A stretch of DNA of 64,000 bases from a bacterium (GCA_040752695.1 JBFMGO010000021.1:1-64000), one strand, 5' to 3'; counted from the stretch's first letter, positions 9,160 to 19,594 are shown. Notes: generated by a model not told the origin, from the letters alone. A program made the numbers and translations.

Positions 9160-10620
9160 TTAAGGCAAATCGATACCTAATTTCGGCCACAGCCGGTCCA
9201 CCTTTTCCACGACCGCAGGGTCCATCCGGATAACGTCGGGCCACTCACGCGGATAGCCTTCTTCCCGCCATTTCTTCGTGGCATCGATGCCCATTTTCGA
9301 TCCAAGGTGGGGGCTCGATGCCGCGTGGTCGAGGGCATCCACCGGACCTTCAAAAAAGATCACATCCCGCCGGGGGTCGATATCGTTTCCCAGTCTCCAG
9401 AGCACATCGGACATATTGTGCACATCCACATCGCTCTCGAAGACCACGATGATTTTCGTAAACATCATCTGCCCCATGCCCCAAAGGGCTGACATCACCT
9501 TTTTGGCCTGGCCCGGATAGGTCTTTTTGATGGAAACCAGGGCCAGGTTGTGAAACACTCCCTCCATGGGCAGGTTAAACTCCGTAACTTCCGGCAGTTG
9601 GGCCTGAATCAGGGGCAGAAAAATCCTCTCGGTGGCTTTGGCCAGATAGCAATCCTCCATCGGCGGTTTGCCTACGATGGTGGCAGGATAAACAGGGTCT
9701 TTCTGATGCGTGATGCAGGTCAGGTGGAAAACAGGATAGGAATCGGCAGGTGAGTAATAGCCGGTATGATCGCCAAAAGGCCCCTCGATGCGCTGCTCTT
9801 TCGGCTCCACATATCCTTCCAGCACGAATTGGGCATGTGCCGGAACCTCCTGATCGATGGTCAGGCACCTGGCCATTTCAATGGGAGCATTCTGCAAGAA
9901 GGCGGCAAATTGAATTTCGTCCATGTCGGGCGGGATAGGCGCGGTAGCCGCATAGGTGACGGCAGGCCCGGGCCCGATGGCCACAGCCACCTCAAGCCGC
10001 TGATTCAGCCGCTCGGCCTCGCGATAATGCTCTGCACCCCCTTTATGGGTGTGCCAGTGCATGCCGGTAGTGCGATCGTCATAGACATGCATCCGGTACA
10101 TGCCCACGTTCCTTTTTCCCGTAACCGGATGCCGCGAAAAAACCGTAGGCAGCGTAATGAACCTGCCCCCATCAGCGGGCCAGCAAAAAAGGACGGGAAT
10201 GCGGGACAGGGCTGCCTCCTCACCCCGGTAAACCACCTGCTGACAGGGAGGGTTTTTCACAACCTTCGGGGCTAAGGAAAGAAACCGCTTTAATTTGGGC
10301 AAGAGCCTCAATTTGTTCATCCAGCCAGCAGGCACCTTTATGTCCATCAATTCACCGAACACGTGCCCGAAGGCTTCTTCACTCTCAAGGCCCAAGGCAA
10401 GAGCTACACGGCTCATGGAGCCAAAAGCGTTCATGAGTACCGGCGTGGTGTGCCCCGTAACCCGCTCGAAGAGCAGGGCAGGGCCGCTCGGCCCAGACTT
10501 GGACACACGGTCCGTGATCTCGGTGATTTCAAGGTCACAACTCACCTCTTCCCTGATCCTGACAAGTTCGCCCTTTTTCTCCAGTTCAGCCATAAACTGC
10601 TTCAAATCGTGAAAGGCCAT
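9160..10620 (-). CDS. ubiD: UbiD-family menaquinone biosynthesis decarboxylase (MqnL-like)
   Basis: NVGMYRM, EGPFGDHTGYY, ATIVGKPPMED, WGMGQMMFTK, KMGIDAT. Confidence 0.92.
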   Translation of the reverse strand: MAFHDLKQFMAELEKKGELVRIREEVSCDLEITEITDRVSKSGPSGPALLFERVTGHTTPVLMNAFGSMSRVALALGLESEEAFGHVFGELMDIKVPAGWMNKLRLLPKLKRFLSLAPKVVKNPPCQQVVYRGEEAALSRIPVLFCWPADGGRFITLPTVFSRHPVTGKRNVGMYRMHVYDDRTTGMHWHTHKGGAEHYREAERLNQRLEVAVAIGPGPAVTYAATAPIPPDMDEIQFAAFLQNAPIEMARCLTIDQEVPAHAQFVLEGYVEPKEQRIEGPFGDHTGYYSPADSYPVFHLTCITHQKDPVYPATIVGKPPMEDCYLAKATERIFLPLIQAQLPEVTEFNLPMEGVFHNLALVSIKKTYPGQAKKVMSALWGMGQMMFTKIIVVFESDVDVHNMSDVLWRLGNDIDPRRDVIFFEGPVDALDHAASSPHLGSKMGIDATKKWREEGYPREWPDVIRMDPAVVEKVDRLWPKLGIDLP

Positions 10621-10624
10621 ACAG

Positions 10625-11212
10625 CTATTTTTCCCCCTTTACCCACCAGGGACTCTCTTTATCCTGAAACCACCAGTCATTCGAATCTGTCCTTAAGATT
10701 TCCATGGCCAGACTTTTGGCTTCTTCGGTTTGCAGCCGCTTTAAAACCGCCTGAATCCAATCCTCGGCATATTTATTCCCCAAATCCCCCGATTCTTTCA
10801 ACTCGAGCAGAAAATCCAGTTGGTCGGCATCACGAGCCATTTTAGACTCAATGGTCGTTTGCTGGATAAACTCATGGATCACATCACGCATCTCATCGCC
10901 GAACGGCAGATGTGCAGTCAGGTCAGTCACGGCTTTTTCTTCATCAATGGATACATATTTTTTATTTACATAATTATGATCTCCTGTCCGGGCTTCAGGA
11001 AGATCGTGAAAAAGGCACATCTTCAAAAGCCGGTTTTCATCTACCGGCACAGAAACCATCTTGGAGAGCGCATACCCTATGCACGCCACCCGGAAGGTAT
11101 GCTCTGCCACGGACTCTTCTCCAGATCCCAAAAACTGATAGCCGGTTCTGGGCGTTTTCTTGAGCATTCCTGCCTCGAACAGGAAATTGACGATTTGTTT
11201 CATTATCATCAT
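10625..11212 (-). CDS. HD-domain phosphohydrolase (YfbR/HD_3-like)
   Basis: LKKTPRTG, ESVAEH, LFHDLPEARTGD, DADQLD. Confidence 0.85.
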   Translation of the reverse strand: MMIMKQIVNFLFEAGMLKKTPRTGYQFLGSGEESVAEHTFRVACIGYALSKMVSVPVDENRLLKMCLFHDLPEARTGDHNYVNKKYVSIDEEKAVTDLTAHLPFGDEMRDVIHEFIQQTTIESKMARDADQLDFLLELKESGDLGNKYAEDWIQAVLKRLQTEEAKSLAMEILRTDSNDWWFQDKESPWWVKGEK

Positions 11213-11215
11213 GCT

Positions 11216-11269
11216 TCTTTCGTTATGTTCTTTGTTGCGTTCCTCGTTGTATTCTTCATTGTGTTCTTT
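11216..11269. repeat. 12-nt tandem repeat (~4.5 imperfect copies) upstream of HD gene
   Basis: tctttcgttatg/ttctttgttgcg/ttcctcgttgta/ttcttcattgtg/ttcttt. Confidence 0.6.
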
Positions 11270-11565
11270 TATCTTTGTCTATTGTTTATCTCCACCAGCT
11301 CATTTTTAGAGTCATATCATACTAAAACAGGGCTTATCTGACAAACATTTTCTCATTCTTCTCATATCAGAAAACAGTTTTCCGGTTACAGGAATAACCT
11401 GAACCGATACTTTTACCGAGAGCGGTTACAGCAAAGCTCTATTATCATGCAGAGCCTGAATATTGAAAGGACAAGACCGCTGACAGACATGAGTAGTGCA
11501 AGAGTTGATCTCGCCTGGAACCGGAAATGGATATCGGTATCTCATTCTGAGGGGGAAGAACGAGC

Positions 11566-11832
11566 ATGGATCACCTGAACGAGAGAATTCAGAGCGCTCT
11601 GGATTTGTTTCTCCACGGCTGTCAAACCTGGGCAGAAATTATCCATAATCAAACTTTTCTGGATGAGCTGGAACGCATTAAAGCAGAGTTTCAAAGGATC
11701 AGCCATCTGCCCCATGAAGCGGAAACCGTCAAGTTAATAGAAGAAATGACCCTTCGGATATTGTCAGATCTGGATCTGGCTATGAAGGACCTGGGACTGG
11801 GCGGTGTGAAAATGAAAGAAGCCCTCCACTGA
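11566..11832 (+). CDS. Hypothetical protein (88 aa, helical)
   Basis: ATG preceded by GAGGGGG RBS; ordinary composition. Confidence 0.65.
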   Translation: MDHLNERIQSALDLFLHGCQTWAEIIHNQTFLDELERIKAEFQRISHLPHEAETVKLIEEMTLRILSDLDLAMKDLGLGGVKMKEALH

Positions 11833-11851
11833 GCACCGGTATCTGGAAAGA

Positions 11852-12010
11852 TCATACTTTTGATAATGGAAATAAATGTAAGATATCACCTACCGAATAT
11901 CTTGAGGCAACGAGTCCGGCTATCGTACCTATAGTGACACGGAGACCACGGATACAGGGCTTGCCACCCATTACTTCTGGATTGATTGCTGTATGTTTTA
12001 ACTTCAACAT
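11852..12010 (-). pseudogene. DUF433-family (antitoxin-like) protein, apparently C-terminally truncated; not in ORF track
   Basis: Manual translation MLKLKHTAINPEVMGGKPCIRGLRVTIGTIAGLVASRYSVGDILHLFPLSKV*; GGKPCIRGLRV is the DUF433 hallmark; GAGGGG RBS. Confidence 0.75.
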
Positions 12011-12064
12011 CGTTAGGTTTCCCCTCGTTTGTAGCTTCAGGTTTCGCTATGCGAGAAAATCTAG

Positions 12065-12093
12065 TTGACTTTTTGCTGATGCTTTATTATCAT
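12065..12093 (+). promoter_or_regulatory. sigma70-type promoter for the tRNA
   Basis: TTGACT-17-TATCAT. Confidence 0.65.
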
Positions 12094-12115
12094 AAACTTC
12101 TCCAATTGATGCTAC

Positions 12116-12188
12116 GCGCCTGTAGCTCAGGGGATAGAGCGCAGCGCTCCGGACGCTGAAGCCGAAGGTTCGAGTCCTTCCAGGCGCA
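12116..12188 (+). tRNA. tRNA-Arg (anticodon CCG); CCA not encoded
   Basis: Acceptor GCGCCTG/CAGGCGC, D-arm GCTC/GAGC, anticodon stem CAGCG/CGCTG with loop CT-CCG-GA, T-arm GAAGG-TTCGAGT-CCTTC. Confidence 0.95.
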
Positions 12189-12483
12189 TAAATGTTTGGC
12201 TTAGCAGGAGTGGTTAAAAATCCTTTATCATCGCCGTGCTAAGAATTCTGGTCGCTGTGGAATCGAAGTCAATGGTGGTAAGCTCCCTACGAAAGATTGG
12301 TTCTTAACCCTGCGTATCATTACCTCTGGAGGCTATACATAGCTTACCTCAAAACCCTGGGGAGTTTGTAGCATTGCAGGGTTAATTCTTCCTACTTAAA
12401 GTAATTAATTATTAAATCTACACAATAAAATTATCTCTCTTAGAAAGAATACCACTTTCCGTAGTTCATTCAAGTAAAAACCG

Positions 12484-12528
12484 CTATAAGCTCCTATTAA
12501 GCCGTTCGATAATGTTTGTTGTTCTCAT
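12484..12528 (-). mobile_element. Possible tiny IS256-family transposase remnant
   Basis: Translates MRTTNIIERLNRSL*, resembling the IS256 C-terminal TTNxIERLN motif; only 14 codons. Confidence 0.3.
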
Positions 12529-12725
12529 CGGTAATGTTCCAAGGTCAGAAACCTGCACTTATTGTCAGGTGCATAGGCAATCATATATTTTACCTGTGCT
12601 TCCCCCGTAAGTTATTGGCTGAACAAAATTGAATTTCCGTGCAAAGTATGTTAGACTGACACAAGAAATATATTATAAGAGGCGATATCCCTAACGCTAA
12701 GAAAGTTATAGGTAAATTGAGTGCC

Positions 12726-14225
12726 ATGACCGATCGGAAAATCCCCTTTCTGTTTTTGTATGCCGGTGTGCTGATCGGCGTTTTTCTCTTTCAGTATGGT
12801 GTAGCGTTGTGCTCCGCCCAGATCAGCGACGAGAACAGCCTGTATGCGGTAGCTCTTGGCGCGTACAAGGATGGATTTTATGATCTGGCTATCGATCAGT
12901 TTTCCCAGTTGCTGAGGGTGTATCCCGATTGTCCCAAGGCTCCCTATGCGCAGTTTCGCATTGCGGAGGCCTATTTTAAGCAGAAAAAATACAATCAGGC
13001 GATTCTTCACTACCAGAGGCTGCTTGATCGGTATCCTCAAAAGAGCGAACTCCTGGATAAGGCCCTGTATCGAATGGGGCAGACTTCCTTCTTCAAGGGG
13101 GAGTACGAGAAGGCAGGCAGCTTTTATCAACGGCTGCTCAGCGGCTATCCTGACAGTGAGTTGACCGCGGATGCCTTATTCTGGTCTGCGGAGTCAAACA
13201 GTCAGGCAGGGGCATGGAAAGAGGCGCTTTCACCCTATCAGAAATTTTTGGGAAAATACCCCGGCCACAGCCATGCTGCTGAAGCACAGTATGGTTTAGG
13301 ACTGGCTTATCTGAAATTACGGGACTACGGCCGGGCCATAAAAACTTTCCGGGAACTGATGGACAAGCACCCCAAGAATAAGCAATTGGTCTCGAAGGCC
13401 CTTTTGAACAGCGCGGATATTGAATACCGGCAGGGAGAGTATGAAAAGGCGGCTTTGGATTATCAAAAATTCGTCCGTGATTATCCTGATTATTCTGATG
13501 CCAGATCGGCCCTGTATGGAGCGGGTCTTTCATTCTATCAGGCCAAGCAGTTTCCAAAGGCGGTGGCTCTCTATAAGCAGTTTCTCGGAAAGTATCCAAA
13601 GGATGATTTGGCGGAATCGGTTTCCTTCCAGAGCGGGTTTATGCTCTTCAAGCTAGAGGATTACTCTCCTGCTGCTGCCCAGTTGGATGACTTCATTCGC
13701 AAGTACGGTGAAAGCTCGTATGTGCCCGAAGCTTATTACTATCTTGCCCTCAGCAATCAGAAACTGGAAAAACGGGATCTTGCTGAACAGCAATTGATCC
13801 ATATCACGAAAGAGTGTAAAAACAGCCCGATTGCCAGCAGCGCCTGGCTGCAGTTGGGCACTCTCTACTACCAGGCACAGAAGTTTCTCCAGGCTGCCGA
13901 GGCCTATAAGAGCGCTTCAGGCTCTGCCGACCGGAGTGTAGCGGCGGAGGCCCTCTATTGGCTGGGGGAGTCGTATGCGAGTCAAAAAAATTACGATAAG
14001 GCTATTCACACCTTTTTGCAAATTCCTCAGCAGTATGCCGGGATTGCCAACTGGGCAGTTATGGCACAAATGAGGCTGGCCGGAATTTACGAGCATCTCA
14101 AGGAATATTCCAAGGCACTGGAGCTGTACGAGACGGTTGCCAAAAACCAGAAGGAAGATTATTTCAGACAGTCCGCCCAGCAAAGAATTGAAAAATTACG
14201 GTCTCAGACGAAAGAGACTCCCTAG
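12726..14225 (+). CDS. Exported TPR-repeat protein (CpoB/BamD-like repeats)
   Basis: Signal peptide (CSA|QIS); repeated A..Y..LL..YP.S...ALY TPR units. Confidence 0.85.
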   Translation: MTDRKIPFLFLYAGVLIGVFLFQYGVALCSAQISDENSLYAVALGAYKDGFYDLAIDQFSQLLRVYPDCPKAPYAQFRIAEAYFKQKKYNQAILHYQRLLDRYPQKSELLDKALYRMGQTSFFKGEYEKAGSFYQRLLSGYPDSELTADALFWSAESNSQAGAWKEALSPYQKFLGKYPGHSHAAEAQYGLGLAYLKLRDYGRAIKTFRELMDKHPKNKQLVSKALLNSADIEYRQGEYEKAALDYQKFVRDYPDYSDARSALYGAGLSFYQAKQFPKAVALYKQFLGKYPKDDLAESVSFQSGFMLFKLEDYSPAAAQLDDFIRKYGESSYVPEAYYYLALSNQKLEKRDLAEQQLIHITKECKNSPIASSAWLQLGTLYYQAQKFLQAAEAYKSASGSADRSVAAEALYWLGESYASQKNYDKAIHTFLQIPQQYAGIANWAVMAQMRLAGIYEHLKEYSKALELYETVAKNQKEDYFRQSAQQRIEKLRSQTKETP

Positions 14226-14454
14226 CTTTTTTTCAGTTTCTTTTTCCTTGAACCGTAAGCGAGTTGAGAGCCATGAATGTCTTCCAGGCGGAAGAAGGAT
14301 ACTTTTCGGAAGGAGAGGCTCTCACCCCGTTGTCATGTTATCTTATTATCTTTAACCTTAAGACCGTATGTTAATGGACAAAAGCAGTTATTACCATTCG
14401 TGGACATCATTTGATAGTCATTATCATCTATCGAAGGGAGGATGAGAGCCCTCT

Positions 14455-17400
14455 ATGCGCGTGAAACAAAAAGGGTCATGGCCCGCACACATAAGCTTGT
14501 GGATTTTTTTATCTAGTTTGGCAGTGAGTTGTTCGCTCTTATTGTCTTCATCAATCTGTGTGGCTACGGATGGTGAGACCAAACCGGGTATCACGTTGCC
14601 GGAAGTAGTGGTAACCGGCGATTACCAGTTAAAGTTTAAAGAGAATAAAACCCAGCAGTTCCCAACCCTGGCGGCTCTGGGAGTCAAGGAGGTCCCCATC
14701 GAATCGGCCAAAGCAGGTCTTGCTCCGGTCATCGGAGAAGAAGAGAAGCTGAAACCTGCGGTCAAGCCCGGCCTGGGCTGTCTTTTCGGTGTGCCGTTAG
14801 GTGGGATTTTTTCCCGCGCCGTCTTGCAGGACAGAGGATATTATGAATCCGGAAAACACGAATATCAAAGAGGGAATTTTAAAGAGGCCGTTGCATCCTT
14901 CGAGACGGTGATAGCCAAGTATCCGAACAGCCCCTATAAGGGAGTGGCTGCTTATTGGGCAGGAGAATCGTATTTTAACCTCAAAGACGTGGAGAAAGCC
15001 ATATCCTCGTACAACCGGGTCATTGAGCGATCTACCCAGACGCAGTACGCTGATTATACCATGTATTCCCTGGGATGGATTTACGCCCAAAAGGAAGACT
15101 TCGAGCAGTCCACCCGGTATCTTCAGTCAGTTATCGATCTCTACGGTTTAAGCCCTCTGCGGGAGAAGTCTTACTATCTTTTGGCTGGAGGTTACTATCA
15201 CCTGGGCAAATATCAGGAGTCGGCACGAGCCTATCAGCAGTTGACCAGGGAATTTCCTGAAAGCCCGTTTGCAGCGCAGAGCCTTTTCTGGCAGGCCGAG
15301 TGTGCCTTCAATCTCGAGAATTTCCAGGACAGTGAAAGGCTTTACCGGGATTTTCTCTTCAAATACGAGACCGACAGTCTGGCGGATTCCGCCCTGTATG
15401 GTTTGGCCTGGACCTATTTCAAAGTGTCACGGTTTCAGGATGCCATTACCTGTTTGCAGTCGCTGCAGGGAAAATATCCGCAAAGCACCCTGATTCCTTT
15501 GGCTCTGTATCGAAAGGGGCGATGCTTTTTCATGATGGAGGATTTCCAGAAGGCCAGGGAGACCTATGAGGAACTCTTGACCGCCTATCCCGACATTCCT
15601 CTTTATAATCAGGCACTCTTTGGCATTGCCTGGTCTTTATTCAAGACACAGGAGTATGAAGCTGCCTCCTCAAAATTGAAGCAAATTATCGAACGAAAGG
15701 GAGTCGATGAGCCCGTGCGGCTTTCGGCGATTTTCATGCTGGCTGAAACCTGGTACAACCAGAAGCAGTACCAGGAGGCCATTGCCTGCTACCGGCAATT
15801 GACCGATTCGCAGAATGAATACACTGAAAACGCTTGTTTCCGGATAGGCACCTGCTCAATCCTCTTAGAGCGTTATGCACAGGCTGTTGAGGCTCTGAAG
15901 AAACTGATGAGTGAATATCCTACAACCAATCTTGCCGATCAAGCAACCTACTGGATCGGCGAGTCATATTTTCGCATGGGAAATTACCGGGCAGCCATTC
16001 AAAGCTATTCCGAGCTCTTGAATGAGTATCCGGAAGGCAAATGGAGTGCGCCGAGCCTGCATGGAATCGGATGGTCTTATTACCGTCTGGAAGACTGGGA
16101 ACTGGCGGCCAAAGAGTTTTCTCAACTGGCGGTCTATTTCCCGGACAGCCCGCTTTTGCCGGATGCCCTCTTTCGCCAGGCCGAATGTCTTTACAACCTG
16201 AAGAAGTATCCCGAGTCTCAGAAATGCCTGGAGGAGTTGATGGCCAGGTTTCCCCAGTCTGCTCTCCTTGATACGGCCGCTTTTCGATACGCCCTCACCT
16301 ACTCCCGGATGGGGGATATGAAAGAGGCGATCAGGCAATTTCGTCTCCTGCTCCAGCGATTCCCCCAGAGTGACTTGAAAGACCAGAGCCAGTACTATAT
16401 CGGATTAACCTTTTTCCAGGACAGTAAGTTTAAAGATGCGGTCAGGGAATTTAGAATACTCCTCAGTGAGTATCCCCAAAGCCGCTTTGCCAATCAGGCG
16501 CGGATCAAAATAGCGGATTGCCTCTATAACCTTGGACAATACTCGCAGGCCCTTCGGCAGTATCAGGAACTGAATACTCACTTTATCGACAGCTCAGTAG
16601 GGGTTGAGGCCGAATACGGCGCTATCTTGTGCTACGACCGGCTGGGAATGACCGGCCAGTATCTTGAGGCATCCAGGAGTTTCATTGAAAAGTATAAAGA
16701 TAACCCCATCAGCGAGCAGCTTCAGTTTCAGATCGGAGAAACGCTCTTTACTCGCGGAGATCTTCCCCAGGCCGTTCAGAATTACCAGATCCTTATCGAG
16801 AAGTTCCCCAAGGGAAAGCTTTTGGATGAGGCCATGTACAAGGTCGCTTCCATTCATCTGCAATCGGGGGAGTACCAGCGGGCTATCGATGAATTCACCC
16901 AGCTTCTTTCCGTGTCCCCGCAAACCACCCGGGCGATCGATATTCATCTCGGCCTGGCCAAGGCGTATTTTCATCTTCAGAATTACCAGAAAACGGTTGA
17001 GGAATGCAATACGGTTTTGCAGAATGAAAAGCCCGAAGTCATGCTCCACGAAGCGCTCTACTATCGCGGAGTATCTCTTGAGAATCTGGGGAACCCGGCC
17101 ACGGCCATAAGGAGCTTTCTCCAATTGGTGGAAAAGTTTCCCGAAGGGCCTTTCTTCCATGAGGTTCAATATAAGCTTGGCCAGATTTTTTTCAATGAAT
17201 TGCGGTATGAAGAGGCAGCACGTGCTTTTAATCATTCTTCAAAATCCTCCAGCAAAGAGCTGCGGATCAAGTCGCTTTTTCAGTTAGGGGAAGCGAATAC
17301 CCAGTTGCGGGAGTATTCTCAGGCCATTGCCGACTTCATGAAAATCCCCTACCTGTATCCGGAGGAAGAAGAGTGGAAACTTAAGGTTTACTACCGGGTT

Positions 17401-17553
17401 GGGGAATTATACGAGCGGCAGGGCGACTATGAGCAGGCCAAAAATGCTTATCAAAAGGTGATCAACGATGTCCGCGATACTGAATTGCGCAAAGAAGCCA
17501 TCAAGAGAATAGGAGTGATATCTTCACTGAAGAAAAAGAAAAGAAACAAATAA
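14455..17553 (+). CDS. Large exported TPR protein with N-terminal TonB-box-like motif
   Basis: Signal peptide, ITLPEVVVTG, then many CpoB-like TPR units. Confidence 0.85.
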   Translation: MRVKQKGSWPAHISLWIFLSSLAVSCSLLLSSSICVATDGETKPGITLPEVVVTGDYQLKFKENKTQQFPTLAALGVKEVPIESAKAGLAPVIGEEEKLKPAVKPGLGCLFGVPLGGIFSRAVLQDRGYYESGKHEYQRGNFKEAVASFETVIAKYPNSPYKGVAAYWAGESYFNLKDVEKAISSYNRVIERSTQTQYADYTMYSLGWIYAQKEDFEQSTRYLQSVIDLYGLSPLREKSYYLLAGGYYHLGKYQESARAYQQLTREFPESPFAAQSLFWQAECAFNLENFQDSERLYRDFLFKYETDSLADSALYGLAWTYFKVSRFQDAITCLQSLQGKYPQSTLIPLALYRKGRCFFMMEDFQKARETYEELLTAYPDIPLYNQALFGIAWSLFKTQEYEAASSKLKQIIERKGVDEPVRLSAIFMLAETWYNQKQYQEAIACYRQLTDSQNEYTENACFRIGTCSILLERYAQAVEALKKLMSEYPTTNLADQATYWIGESYFRMGNYRAAIQSYSELLNEYPEGKWSAPSLHGIGWSYYRLEDWELAAKEFSQLAVYFPDSPLLPDALFRQAECLYNLKKYPESQKCLEELMARFPQSALLDTAAFRYALTYSRMGDMKEAIRQFRLLLQRFPQSDLKDQSQYYIGLTFFQDSKFKDAVREFRILLSEYPQSRFANQARIKIADCLYNLGQYSQALRQYQELNTHFIDSSVGVEAEYGAILCYDRLGMTGQYLEASRSFIEKYKDNPISEQLQFQIGETLFTRGDLPQAVQNYQILIEKFPKGKLLDEAMYKVASIHLQSGEYQRAIDEFTQLLSVSPQTTRAIDIHLGLAKAYFHLQNYQKTVEECNTVLQNEKPEVMLHEALYYRGVSLENLGNPATAIRSFLQLVEKFPEGPFFHEVQYKLGQIFFNELRYEEAARAFNHSSKSSSKELRIKSLFQLGEANTQLREYSQAIADFMKIPYLYPEEEEWKLKVYYRVGELYERQGDYEQAKNAYQKVINDVRDTELRKEAIKRIGVISSLKKKKRNK

Positions 17554-17587
17554 ATCATTTTGATTTTGAGCCAAGGGAGGAGAAATA

Positions 17588-18229
17588 ATGCTTAATTACA
17601 TTATCAAGGGAGGGTGGGTAATGGCCCCCATCCTTTTTTGCTCGGTGTTAGGTCTGGCTATTGTGCTTGAGAGATTTTACAGCCTGCGGGAATCAAGGAT
17701 TCACCCCCCTGAGTTTGTCGCTAAAGTGAAAAGACTGCTCCATGAGGGGAAAATCAGCGAGGCTATCGCTATTTGTGGTAACAGCTCTTTTTCCATATCG
17801 AAGATTATCGAGGCCGGAATCTTGAAAATTCATGCCTCACGCGATGAGATCAAGGAAACGATCGAGCATGCAGGGAAGCGGGAATCGATAAAGCTGCAAA
17901 AACATCTCGCTCCCCTGGCCACGGTTGCCACGGTTGCACCGCTTTTAGGGCTTTTGGGAACCGTAACCGGCATGATCAAGGCCTTTGAGGTGGTAGCGAC
18001 GGTAGGAGTCGGCCAGCCTAAGGATCTGGCCGGAGGTGTCGGTGAGGCACTGATTACTACCGCTGCCGGGTTGATCATAGGTATTCCTGCCCTGGTGGCC
18101 CACAATTATTTCTATAAGGAGGCCCATGGCTATATCTCGGAGATGGAAAATACCTCTATGGAGCTGTTGGATATCCTGAAGAGAGACGAAGGACAGAGGA
18201 GCTTTTCCCAGAGAGATGCTTCGAGATAA
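17588..18229 (+). CDS. exbB: MotA/TolQ/ExbB proton channel
   Basis: GGWVMAPILFCS, APLLGLLGTVTGMIKAF, EALITTAAGL. Confidence 0.92.
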   Translation: MLNYIIKGGWVMAPILFCSVLGLAIVLERFYSLRESRIHPPEFVAKVKRLLHEGKISEAIAICGNSSFSISKIIEAGILKIHASRDEIKETIEHAGKRESIKLQKHLAPLATVATVAPLLGLLGTVTGMIKAFEVVATVGVGQPKDLAGGVGEALITTAAGLIIGIPALVAHNYFYKEAHGYISEMENTSMELLDILKRDEGQRSFSQRDASR

Positions 18230-18240
18230 AGGGGAGAAAG

Positions 18241-18651
18241 ATGAATTTTTCTGATAACACTGAAAAAGGTCTCAAGTTAGATATCAATCTTACTCCTTTG
18301 ATTGATGTGACTTTACAATTGGTAATCTTTTTTATGATTACCACCTCGTTTATGGCACAGACCGGCATCGATGTAAAGCTCCCCAAGGCCAGTGCAAAAG
18401 ATATCAAGCAGGAAAAGGAATTAACGGTAACTATCAGCAAAGAGAAAAAGATCTACCTGAACGAAGCATTCGTTTCCATAGCCGAACTTCCAGACCGGCT
18501 GGCCAAGGCTCAACAAAAGGGAAACAAGTCCGTCCTGATCATCAAGGCAGATGAGATCGTTCCTCACGGTCTTGTCGTTCAGGTTATGGATATAGCGAAA
18601 AAGACAGGCATTGAGAATCTGGCCATAGCCACAAGACCTGAAGATGAATAA
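18241..18651 (+). CDS. exbD: ExbD/TolR
   Basis: INLTPLIDVTLQLVIFFM, LPKA, IKAD, VVQVMD. Confidence 0.92.
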   Translation: MNFSDNTEKGLKLDINLTPLIDVTLQLVIFFMITTSFMAQTGIDVKLPKASAKDIKQEKELTVTISKEKKIYLNEAFVSIAELPDRLAKAQQKGNKSVLIIKADEIVPHGLVVQVMDIAKKTGIENLAIATRPEDE

Positions 18652-18685
18652 CCTTCTGACGATAAATACTCATGTATGGTAGAGA

Positions 18686-19549
18686 ATGGTAGCCAATAGA
18701 AGCCTTAACACCTTCATGATCATTTCCCTTCTTTTGCATGCACTGGTCATTTGCCTGATACCAAAATTCAAGCCGGTAGAGACTGAAGAAAGAATCGGTG
18801 GCTCTTATACCCAGGTTCAGCTCATCCAGGTTCCCTTGCAGGCACAGGCCCCAGACAACAGGAACGTCTCCCGGCCCGTAGACAGGAACGCGCCGAGCGC
18901 GCCTAAACCTCAAAACAGTATCCCTCTTCCCGAAATGGACCCCGCTGTCCGTAATCAGATGAGGGCCGATCACGAAGTTCCGATGCCTTCTTTCGATCTT
19001 CCCCGGCCACTCAAGGCACAGGTACAGCCTTTATCCTATTCTGACGCGGACCTGGAAGACGACATCATAGACCGTGCTTTAGGCGATGAATTATTAGATC
19101 AGCAAAAGCGGACCGTGCCTGCGACGCAAGTCCCTCCACAGCCCGGGGAAATTGCGTCAAAAAGGAAAGAGAATCAGCCCAAGCCGGTGCCGGAGGAAAT
19201 GGACTTCGATCAGGTCGAGCCTGTGGAGAAAGTCAGCCGGGCCAGCACACCTTCTGCCGCATCGGATATTCAGTGGTCCGGCAAGCCACGTAACCTCATT
19301 GCCAAACCTGACTATCCTCTGCGCTATCCTGAGGGGTATCAGGGGCAGACTCAAGGGAGAATCCGGCTGAAATTCTGGGTTGACAGCCAGGGGTATGTCA
19401 TCCGAGTCGTACCGATGCAGAAATTAGACCCCCGCCTTGAGGCGGTAGCCAGTGATTATCTGCGGCAATACCGGTTCGAGCCGGTGAGCAAAGGGAAGGG
19501 GAGCGAGCATGAATGGGGAATTATCCCCTTCAGTTTTCGCCTCGAATAG
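18686..19549 (+). CDS. tonB: TonB-family energy transducer
   Basis: N-terminal TM ISLLLH, Pro-rich linker, C-domain YPE..QGRIRLKFWVDSQGYV...YRFEP. Confidence 0.8.
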   Translation: MVANRSLNTFMIISLLLHALVICLIPKFKPVETEERIGGSYTQVQLIQVPLQAQAPDNRNVSRPVDRNAPSAPKPQNSIPLPEMDPAVRNQMRADHEVPMPSFDLPRPLKAQVQPLSYSDADLEDDIIDRALGDELLDQQKRTVPATQVPPQPGEIASKRKENQPKPVPEEMDFDQVEPVEKVSRASTPSAASDIQWSGKPRNLIAKPDYPLRYPEGYQGQTQGRIRLKFWVDSQGYVIRVVPMQKLDPRLEAVASDYLRQYRFEPVSKGKGSEHEWGIIPFSFRLE

Positions 19550-19594
19550 CGAAATGGTACTGAAAAGCCACAGCATGATGCTTTCAGTAACAGT

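Noticed and set aside
11213..11280. KEHNEEYNEE-type N-terminal extension of the HD protein
   Set aside because: In-frame TAG upstream with no start codon, so the repeat is non-coding
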